20,000 nucleotides of DNA. Origin: an uncultured virus (IMG/VR IMGVR_UViG_2061766007_000520) (taxonomy: Duplodnaviria > Heunggongvirae > Uroviricota > Caudoviricetes). The notes below the pieces were generated by a model. That model saw only the letters and a program-made list of their open reading frames with translations. It did no database searches and had not been told where the DNA came from. The position numbers and the translations under genes are program-made. The DNA lies in IMG/VR virus record IMGVR_UViG_2061766007_000520; one strand, 5' to 3'. Below, piece after piece: positions 6,596 through 14,191 of this stretch (the stretch's first letter is position 1; each line of letters begins with the position of its first letter).

Positions 6596-6973
6596 TTATA
6601 ACCCTGTAACATTAACGGCTTTCGTGCCGTCAATGAGCTGTAGCTTTAGTTCCTTNNNNNNNNNNNNNNNNNNNNNNNNNNNNNNNNNNNNNNNNNNNNN
6701 NNNNNNNNNNNNNNNNNNNNNNNNNNNNNNNNNNNNNNNNNGTTCCGCTTTATTTATTGCACGTTTAATGCGTACAATCTCATTGCTCACCGTTTCCGCA
6801 ATGTTAAGATACAACCGCAAATCATCTTGCTTTCTGTAGGTAATGTCTACCGTAGCAATCCAACCGTAAAAATTACTGTGAATCTGATACGCTTGTTTTG
6901 TTACCCTCGTTTCTTCGCTACTGTAGCCCCAAAATAAAGCGTACATATCATTCGTGATTTTAATTATTTGCAT
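6596..6973 (-). CDS. Hypothetical protein (MQIIKITNDMYALFWGYS...), N gap inside
   Basis: ATG at 6973 with AGGGGG RBS (6980-6985). Confidence 0.65.
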   Translation of the reverse strand: MQIIKITNDMYALFWGYSSEETRVTKQAYQIHSNFYGWIATVDITYRKQDDLRLYLNIAETVSNEIVRIKRAINKAEXXXXXXXXXXXXXXXXXXXXXXXXXXXXXKELKLQLIDGTKAVNVTGL

Positions 6974-7059
6974 AGCCTGCCCCCTATCCATAAGATAAAT
7001 GATATTAAAGCCCTCACGCCGAACGTGCAAGCGCACCAGTATAACACGGTATCACGCAT
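6964..7059 (-). CDS. Possible 31-aa hydrophobic peptide (MRDTVLYWCACTFGVRALISFILWIGGRLCK)
   Basis: Overlaps the next gene's start; weak RBS; start uncertain. Confidence 0.3.
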   Translation of the reverse strand: MRDTVLYWCACTFGVRALISFILWIGGRLCK

Positions 7060-7149
7060 TATGTTCTCTTTGCGCCAATATCTATGACTTAACGCAAGAT
7101 ATATAGCTATAATGCCGTTTAGCATAAAGTCTACCAGATGTATATTTTT

Positions 7150-7270
7150 AGCCCCTTTATACTGGTATCTTTGTACATGGTGCAAAATGTATTTTACTTG
7201 CACCCAGTTCCTTTCATCTAGCGGAAAACTCCGCCGTGTCGCTTGACGTGTTCCGCTTGTCAAGTGACAT
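7150..7270 (-). ncRNA. Candidate structured RNA / 5' leader of the first leftward transcript
   Basis: Three stems (7237-7269, 7221-7234, 7179-7204) begin just downstream of the -10 box; loop 1 is complementary to the 3' strand of stem 2. Confidence 0.4.
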
Positions 7271-7274
7271 CTTC

Positions 7275-7345
7275 AAGGTAACACGGCAAAAACAGAGTGT
7301 CAAGTGGTTTTTTTGCAATTTTTGCGATTTTTTGCAATTTTTTCG
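7275..7345 (-). promoter_or_regulatory. Leftward promoter heading the early arm, with phased A-tracts upstream
   Basis: CAC-TTGACA (7303-7298), 17 bp, TGn-TACCTT (7280-7275); TTTTTTGCAATTTTTGCGATTTTTTGCAATTTTTT upstream. Confidence 0.75.
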
Positions 7346-7378
7346 CTAAACAAGCGTATAGTGTCACCCTGCAACAAT

Positions 7379-7440
7379 GTAACACGGCTCACGAAACATT
7401 GTAAATGTTGCAACGTAACACGGCTCACGAAACATTGTAA
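7379..7440 (+). repeat. Two identical 26-bp direct repeats, 36-bp period
   Basis: GTAACACGGCTCACGAAACATTGTAA at 7379-7404 and 7415-7440; GTAACACGGC also at 7278-7287. Confidence 0.95.
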
Positions 7441-7955
7441 CAAGCCGCCAGATTTTACGATGTTAAAAACAGGGGATGTGGCGTGTACATCAACATAGCC
7501 AGAAACTTTTTTAGCCGAAAAACGAGAAAATACCNNNNNNNNNNNNNNNNNNNNNNNNNNNNNNNNNNNNNNNNNNNNNNNNNNNNNNNNNNNNNNNNNN
7601 NNNNNNNNNNNNNNNNNNNNNNNNNNNNNNNNNNNNNNNNNNNNNNNNNNNNNNNNNNNNNNNNNNNNNNNNNNNNNNNNNNNNNNNNNNNNNNNNNNNN
7701 NNNNNNNNNNNNNNNNNNNNNNCGTTGTCACGTTACCAAATCATGCCACGTTACCCCAATGACCCTTGAAACAGGAACAAGGAAAAACGCTCGAAAGTTA
7801 CTTATTGACAGTATACGTATCAACTTACCATCGTTGGCGGTTTACAAGTGTATCAATGTCGGTCATGTTTGATTTTTAAAATATCCTTACTTGGGGACGG
7901 GAAAAATTTCAACCGTTCAAATGTAAAAATTAACAAGCAACCCCTAAATTCAGTC

Positions 7956-7993
7956 ATTGATACATGATGTCACGTAGATTTTTTAAGGGTTGT
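7956..7993. repeat. Inverted copy of the element at 1029-1065
   Basis: See 1029-1065; adjoins another TGTCAAGTGA box (7991-8000). Confidence 0.85.
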
Positions 7994-8201
7994 CAAGTGA
8001 TTTTTGGCAGTTTTATACTAAATGTCATCTGATAACACGTAACGTAGCCTGATAGAAGATTTTTTACAAAAAATAGGTAACAATGTATAGTATACAGTGA
8101 AACGTGTAACAAGATACAAGCTCCGTCCACGCCCCTCCATCCTCCCATGCTATCCATTAAGAGGGTCGCGTGTCACGCATACCCTTTACCCGCTCTTTTT
8201 C

Positions 8202-8233
8202 CACTTTACAAGCAATTCGTTATGTGCTACACT
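8202..8233 (+). promoter_or_regulatory. Rightward promoter for the packaging operon
   Basis: CAC-TTTACA (8205-8210), 17 bp, TGn-TACACT (8228-8233); same architecture as the leftward promoters. Confidence 0.7.
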
Positions 8234-8258
8234 TTTAGTATCATGTTGGAGGTATATC

Positions 8259-8778
8259 ATGGTAAACGTTATGTGTCAGACACCTGAAGTGATAAGACTT
8301 ACGCAGCTTACACCTTTTCAGGGCGACCTGAAGAAGAGGACATCGCATGATGTCAAGTCCCTTGCGGCGAGCATACAGGAAGAAGGGTTACTCATGCCTT
8401 TTGCCGTATGGCAGCATGACGGCATCAACAGCCTGTTGGACGGTCATGGAAGGCTCATGGCCCTCAATGAGCTTGCCAAGGAGGACTCTTCTATAGAAGA
8501 GCAGGACTTTCCTGTGATATNNNNNNNNNNNNNNNNNNNNNNNNNNNNNNNNTACGTCTGCATACGGAAAGATTACGCGGGACGGAGCCGTGAGCTTCTG
8601 CGCGTCAATTCCCGAGTATCATGCCCCCTCAATCAACAAGTTCGTATACCGTAAGCCGAGGAAGAGCAGGCTGCAGGAGCAGAGGAACGAGCAGATTATC
8701 AGGATAGCAGTGTCATCTGACAAAGTTCCTGCGGTACTTGAGCTTTTTAAATCAGTAAGCTATATCAAGGTACTGTAA
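8259..8778 (+). CDS. ParB/Srx N-terminal-domain phage protein (frame broken by N gap 8521-8552)
   Basis: GGAGG RBS; LTPFQGDLK...SLAASIQEEGLLMPFAVW...LLDGHGRLMAL; after the gap TSAYGKIT continues in the frame of the 8590-8778 ORF. Confidence 0.8.
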
Positions 8779-8830
8779 CTGAGATACCTGCGCTTTACGC
8801 AGGTATCTCGTTGTATAACAAGGAGTTATC

Positions 8831-9400
8831 ATGGAACAGGATGTTATGGAGAAGGATGATTGGGACGATTTTGCCTGTGAGTCTGACGTAAAGGAACAGC
8901 AGCTTAATATCGCGCGGGGAGAGACATTCTCCGCAGGTATCCGCAAAATGCTTCAGCGTCCTGTTTCCGATGACGTTCTGCCTGTACAGAAGCGGATAAG
9001 CTCGGACCTGCTTCCGCAGTACAACTCCATTTTTGAGATTGCCAGAAAAGAGGACGTCACCGTACTTGAGTACGTGAGGCGCGACCCGCAGTTCGCGCTG
9101 CGCGTTGCCGAGAACTGCTACGCCGACTGGCAGAACCTTCTGACCGCAGCGGCCATCACCGGTGGCATCGAGATGCCTGATGAGAAAGGCGAGGTGCAGC
9201 GTTACGCGGTATCAAAGAACCAGACTAAGCTTATAGAGCTTCGGGTGCGCGAGGCATCCAAGCAGCTTGACCTCGTTAACGAGCTTGTGCTCACATGCAG
9301 CAGGGATGAGGAGCAGAGGAAGGACGTGCTTGAGCGTGCCATGTACAAGCGTGCCCTCAACGGCGATTCGCGCCTTGCCATCTATCTGCATGACCGCGTT
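8831..9400 (+). CDS. Terminase small-subunit-like region, probably continuous with the large subunit
   Basis: Directly upstream of TerL; helical; ends LERAMYKRALNGDSRLAIYLHDRV at the gap, a TerS-like C-terminal pattern. Confidence 0.6.
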
Positions 9401-9417
9401 NNNNNNNNNNNNNNNAG

Positions 9418-10782
9418 CAGGTCGAGTATGACTATGACAATGCCTACAATATATACGCGATTATCAAGACGCTGTTCGACAAGCAGCTTGAGGTACTTAA
9501 CTCAGGAAACGGCGTGAAGCTTATCTGCTGTTCGCGCCGCGCCGGAAAGACGCACCTGCTTGTCGCGCTCCTTATGATAGAGTGCCTGCGCAAGCAGCGG
9601 ACGCAGGTTATGTACATCGGTGAGACGATGGAGCTTTCCGAGTCGCTTGTCAACAAGGCGGCGCAGGACATCATAGATGCCTGCCAGCTGAGGAACAAGC
9701 GCGGGATGCGCTTTGACTGGAAGCATTTTGACAACGGCTCCGAGATTATTATACGAGGGCTTTCAAATACCAAGGACCCTGACCAGATTCGCGGAAAGGC
9801 CGCCAAGGTAATCGTAATAGACGAGTTCTTCCACCTGAAGAGCGAGCTTCTTGAGTACCTTCAGACTGAGGTACTTGAGCCTATGCAGATGGACTACGCG
9901 GATGACTACATGTTCGTCTGCGCGGGAACGCCGCCTAAGATTAAGGGCACATACGGCGAGCATGTGTGGAAGACATGGGACGTTCCGCATTTCAGCTGGA
10001 CATGGGAGGATAACCCTCATCCTGTCAACCTTGAGCTGCGCCGTGAGTTCGTTGAGAAGAAGCTCAAGGAGAAAGGGCTTGACTGGTCAAGCTCATTCGC
10101 GCGGCGTGAGTACAAGGGCGAGTGGGCATATGACGATGACCTTCTCCTTTATCCGGATTACCATGTATATGACAAGCGTGAGGTCATGCCGAGCATTCAG
10201 CCGACAAGAATCCTGTTCGGCATAGACTACGGCGTGGGCGACAACGACACGATATGGGGCGGTATATGGAATGATGACGAGCAGCGGGGCTACCAGTTCT
10301 GGGAGGACAAGTTCAACCGCCTCGACATTATGAACCGGAGCATATCGCAGCTTGAGTACCTTGGAGAGCAGGTAAGGGCCGCGTGGAGGACCGCGCTCGA
10401 CTACTTCCCTGACCTTTCGCCCAAGGAGGCGAACAAGCGCATCCTGTGGGACGCCGATGACAGCGACCAGCATCTTACGGACTACTTCAACATCAACCTG
10501 CGGCTTGAGGGCAAGGAGTACGTGGACCTGCGGCTCAACATACAGAACGCGCATAAGACTGACAAGACGATTATGTATGACAAGATAAGGGATTTGCTCA
10601 GGAAGGGTGACATGCTGCTGATTAAGGGCGGCAAATGTGAGCATGAGGTTACGTCCACCATCCTGAAGCGCGGTCCCAACGGCGAGATATATAAGGAAGT
10701 TGACACCAAGGCATACCACCCGGACTTGCTTCCGGCTATGAGGTACGCTTTGTGGAATGCTATTGGACAATATGTGTCTTAG
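9418..10782 (+). CDS. terL: Terminase large subunit (ATPase + RNase H-like nuclease)
   Basis: LFDKQ adenine-binding motif, Walker A SRRAGKT, Walker B VIVIDE, AGTP coupling motif, nuclease FGIDYG and HPDLLPAMRYA; frame open back to the gap ending at 9415. Confidence 0.92.
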   Translation, partial: QVEYDYDNAYNIYAIIKTLFDKQLEVLNSGNGVKLICCSRRAGKTHLLVALLMIECLRKQRTQVMYIGETMELSESLVNKAAQDIIDACQLRNKRGMRFDWKHFDNGSEIIIRGLSNTKDPDQIRGKAAKVIVIDEFFHLKSELLEYLQTEVLEPMQMDYADDYMFVCAGTPPKIKGTYGEHVWKTWDVPHFSWTWEDNPHPVNLELRREFVEKKLKEKGLDWSSSFARREYKGEWAYDDDLLLYPDYHVYDKREVMPSIQPTRILFGIDYGVGDNDTIWGGIWNDDEQRGYQFWEDKFNRLDIMNRSISQLEYLGEQVRAAWRTALDYFPDLSPKEANKRILWDADDSDQHLTDYFNINLRLEGKEYVDLRLNIQNAHKTDKTIMYDKIRDLLRKGDMLLIKGGKCEHEVTSTILKRGPNGEIYKEVDTKAYHPDLLPAMRYALWNAIGQYVS

Positions 10783-10848
10783 CTGCATGGCAGCTAAGAC
10801 GTAATTGGACTAGAATGCGCGTTGAAAGTGCCTTGGGGCACTTTCAAC
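10776..10848. other. Two tandem perfect hairpins after terL
   Basis: GTCTTAGCTGC-ATG-GCAGCTAAGAC (10776-10800) and GTTGAAAGTGCC-TTGG-GGCACTTTCAAC (10821-10848). Confidence 0.8.
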
Positions 10849-10872
10849 AATGATTGATACAAGAGGTGCGTT

Positions 10873-11217
10873 ATGAAAAATAAGACAAAGAAGCTTAAAC
10901 CTGCGAAAGAGCCTTCGCTTTTCATTAAGCTTATAAACATATACTTCGAGCAGGCAAGGCGGAGGAAGGCACTCCGCGTGCTGCAGAGGCAGTCATGGTC
11001 GTTCGACTTCCTTGCTCTGCTTCTGGTGAAGGCGAGCAAGATGGCAGGCCACGGCCTGTCGCTTGTAATCAGCGACAGGGAAGGTAAGTCGTACACATTG
11101 TCTTATGATAATGCTCAGAATGCAGATGCTATTCAGGCATTGGATGACAGCATATTCGACCACCTTGACGATGAGGCGGCTGTCAGCAGCTTCATAGCGA
11201 AACATTCAGTGAGGTAG
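10873..11217 (+). CDS. Hypothetical protein, 114 aa
   Basis: AGAGGTG RBS; basic N-half, acidic C-terminus. Confidence 0.75.
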   Translation: MKNKTKKLKPAKEPSLFIKLINIYFEQARRRKALRVLQRQSWSFDFLALLLVKASKMAGHGLSLVISDREGKSYTLSYDNAQNADAIQALDDSIFDHLDDEAAVSSFIAKHSVR

Positions 11218-11220
11218 TAT

Positions 11221-12534
11221 ATGGCAGATGACAGGGAACGGTACGTATTCAGGATATATAATATCATAGATAATGATAAATTGAAGCGGGATATTGCTGA
11301 GACAGCACGCCACATAGATAACCCTGCTGTTTCTGATGAGCAGAAGCAATGGCTGAAGGTTAAGAAACAACGGCTTGAGGACGAGCTTGCTGAATATGCA
11401 GGAGAATATTTTTGGGGCAGCCCTTATAAATATGGGCAGGGTGGTGAGACCTATGCAAGAGAGCATCCCGGAGAATGGAAGAATATGGGGGAAGTGCAAC
11501 ATGCCCCGGATGATTACACTTTGGACGAGGATTATCTCATGCGTAGTAATGATGATAAGATGTCATCTGAAGAGTATGCCGAGAAGCATGGCGGTGACTT
11601 TAAGCTTGACAGTTGGGGAGGCACAGAAAGGGAGAAATGTTATCATGGGCACATGTGGCTTCCCCATAAAGGGTTGTCGGTCATAGGGCTGTCTGACCCT
11701 ATGTATAGTATTTATCCGCTGCATGATATAGACGACAGAAAAATGTTTAGTCATACTGATAACGGTATGAAGCTTGACCGTGAATATCTGAGGGCACTCC
11801 ATCCTGCTGTGCAGGATATGTACAATTTTGCGTTCACGAAGTATATGGGTAAGTCCCCGGACGAGCTGTTTGATGATGAGGGATATTTTAAGGGAAATGC
11901 TGAGGATGCTGAAAAGTTTGCTGCTAATAAAGATACTATCGCTGAGTATCCTAAGCTTGTGCCAAGCGTTAATGCTTTTCCCAGTATGAAGGCATACAGG
12001 CTTTATAGTCAGACAGGCTACCCTATTGCAGATGACAAGTATAAGTGGATGAAATTGCTGAACAGCATTGCTAATACAGCTGCTTGGTCGAGTGGCAACA
12101 GCCTCGTGCTTGCGGGCGTTCCGGAAAAAGCCATATATACACCACGGGAGCTAGACAGGCAGGGCATAGCGGCTGCTATGGATTTCCCGGAAGAAATGCT
12201 CGTAAAATATTTACGTCCTGTAAAAAAGTGGTCGCTTAAAGATAGACTGCCTGTTGACAAGGGAGGCGGCCTCACGGAATGGAGCAAGCTGTTAGATAGG
12301 ATAAAAGAGCTGCTTAATGCTCCTAAAGGCTGGGACATGGAGAATCGCCCCGAGTATTGGGAGAATGAGGCACGTAAGTTCATACGTGATAACTTTGACA
12401 TTGACCCTGTTGATATTGTGTCAGATGAGCTTAAAAAAGAGATTTTCATGGACCTGAGTTCATGTTATAATGGCACTAAACCTAGTGAGCATATCCTTGA
12501 GGGATTGACGCAGGGAGGTAGAAGATGGCAGTAA
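11221..12534 (+). CDS. Hypothetical acidic protein, 437 aa
   Basis: Long ORF, GAGGT RBS, overlaps the start of the next gene. Confidence 0.8.
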   Translation: MADDRERYVFRIYNIIDNDKLKRDIAETARHIDNPAVSDEQKQWLKVKKQRLEDELAEYAGEYFWGSPYKYGQGGETYAREHPGEWKNMGEVQHAPDDYTLDEDYLMRSNDDKMSSEEYAEKHGGDFKLDSWGGTEREKCYHGHMWLPHKGLSVIGLSDPMYSIYPLHDIDDRKMFSHTDNGMKLDREYLRALHPAVQDMYNFAFTKYMGKSPDELFDDEGYFKGNAEDAEKFAANKDTIAEYPKLVPSVNAFPSMKAYRLYSQTGYPIADDKYKWMKLLNSIANTAAWSSGNSLVLAGVPEKAIYTPRELDRQGIAAAMDFPEEMLVKYLRPVKKWSLKDRLPVDKGGGLTEWSKLLDRIKELLNAPKGWDMENRPEYWENEARKFIRDNFDIDPVDIVSDELKKEIFMDLSSCYNGTKPSEHILEGLTQGGRRWQ

Positions 12535-14183
12535 AATGGAGTAAAGACCCTGTAAACAACGAGTACAGGCCTACGTTGTTCCCCGGTGAGGACACCGAGG
12601 ACTGGGAGCTTCCTGAAGGCATAAAGAATGATTTCCACCGCCTTAACAGCGTGATTGAGGCGAAGTATTCGCGTGAGTTCCTTAAAGTCTGTGCTTTCTG
12701 CAACAAGATGTTTCCTTCGCTCAAGACATCCGACTGGAACCAGTCGTCATACAACGTGCCGCCGTTCACCGCCATGGAGCAGGAAAGAAGCGACACCGGC
12801 TTCGGCACAAACTACAATTTCCTGAAGCAGATTGTTGACCAGATAACGTCCCGCCTCGGCACCATAAGCTTCACGCCGAAGCTTATGTCGGAGGAACAGA
12901 GCTACGAGTACATAGTTTACAAGGATGAGGTTGAGCGCGTATTGAGGAAGCTCATCAAAAACGATGACCTTATCCGGATAAGCATCGAGGCGTTCCATGA
13001 TGCTGCCGTGCTTAACTATTCGCATGTGTTCATCGACCCCTACACCGGAAGCCTTATGAAAGCCAATGACTACGAGGTAGGTATATTCGAGAGCCAGTTC
13101 AACAGGCGGCACATAAAGCAGATGCTTTACCGTGACTATGCGTTCCCTGTGACGGATGCCTTCATATATATGAAAGATTTGGACGAGAAGCTTTCCAAGG
13201 AGCTGCTTGAGACGCTATCGGGCAAGAACTCCGTTGAGTTCAGCATGTACTTTGACTGCGTGAAGCATGAGGTATACGTCACGATTGCAGGAAAGACGTT
13301 GCCCGCGCGTCCTTATCCGTTCGATGAGGTGCTTATGACCACCTTTGCATGGGACACCGGCTTCGCGCGTCAGCTTTCCACGTCCATGTTCGACCTGCTC
13401 TACCCTATACAGAGGGAAGTCAACCGTATCGCGGCGAAGACACAGGTGCTTATCCGCAACTACAAAGGTTCCGTTCCGGTGTTCAATTCGGACGTTGACC
13501 TTGCCATGAAAGCCATTACCAACGGCACGGGCGAGGCGTTGTACATTGATTCGTCGCGGAGCGCGGCGGAGCTTATGACGGTCATAAATCCTACTCCGCT
13601 TGACCCGCAGCTTGACAACGAGATACAGACACGAAAGACTACGATGTATGAGCTTGCGGGAATACAGAACGCCTCGTTTGACATGGAGAACATGCGGAGT
13701 GCGGCGGCTGTCGTTGCCCTTGACCAGACGCGCGACAGCGTGTTCCAAGCGCAGATGGCGGGTATGTCTCAGTTCATAAAGAATATGCTTGAGCTGTACA
13801 TCGACTACCTTGCCGAGTATCCGGACATGTCCGGTGACAGGAGAAGAATTGACTGGAAGACGGTAAGCAGGCTCATAAAACAGTCTTACATCAACATGCA
13901 GCCTGTTCATATGAATGACCCGCTGAGCGATGAGCAGAAGATTGACGAGAATCCTATGGACTACGTGAAGCTTGCAATATCACGGCTCCTGCTTGACGTG
14001 ATAAACGGTGACGTGACGTTTGAGACGGTGCCGTACTACATCGACACCATGCTGCTTGCGGTTCATGTAGCGGGTATACTCATAAAGTTTGAGGCGTTGG
14101 GCATTGACGTGCCTGATGCCATACACAGGTTCCTTATGGCGGCGTACATTGATGCCGTCAAGACAGGCCGCGCCAAGCTCTAG
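12525..14183 (+). CDS. Probable portal (head-tail connector) protein, 552 aa
   Basis: Size, position after terminase and portal-like layout (N-terminal NFLKQIVDQITSRL, late MYELAGI...RSAAAV helices); assignment is by inference. Confidence 0.55.
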   Translation: MAVKWSKDPVNNEYRPTLFPGEDTEDWELPEGIKNDFHRLNSVIEAKYSREFLKVCAFCNKMFPSLKTSDWNQSSYNVPPFTAMEQERSDTGFGTNYNFLKQIVDQITSRLGTISFTPKLMSEEQSYEYIVYKDEVERVLRKLIKNDDLIRISIEAFHDAAVLNYSHVFIDPYTGSLMKANDYEVGIFESQFNRRHIKQMLYRDYAFPVTDAFIYMKDLDEKLSKELLETLSGKNSVEFSMYFDCVKHEVYVTIAGKTLPARPYPFDEVLMTTFAWDTGFARQLSTSMFDLLYPIQREVNRIAAKTQVLIRNYKGSVPVFNSDVDLAMKAITNGTGEALYIDSSRSAAELMTVINPTPLDPQLDNEIQTRKTTMYELAGIQNASFDMENMRSAAAVVALDQTRDSVFQAQMAGMSQFIKNMLELYIDYLAEYPDMSGDRRRIDWKTVSRLIKQSYINMQPVHMNDPLSDEQKIDENPMDYVKLAISRLLLDVINGDVTFETVPYYIDTMLLAVHVAGILIKFEALGIDVPDAIHRFLMAAYIDAVKTGRAKL

Positions 14184-14191
14184 GAGGCAAT

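Noticed and set aside
33..6839. Plus-strand ORFs in the left arm (33-701, 626-958, 2671-3006, 2903-3283, 4146-4472, 4633-5001 etc.)
   Set aside because: Antisense shadows of RBS-bearing minus-strand genes
7379..7440. Mini-CRISPR from the 26-bp direct repeats
   Set aside because: Only two copies with a 10-bp spacer
7805..7831. Rightward promoter TTGACA...TACCAT
   Set aside because: The spacer is only 15 bp and no gene follows
7300..7872. ORFs 7300-7731, 7304-7498 and 7483-7872
   Set aside because: They span repeats and N gaps and lack an RBS; the region looks non-coding
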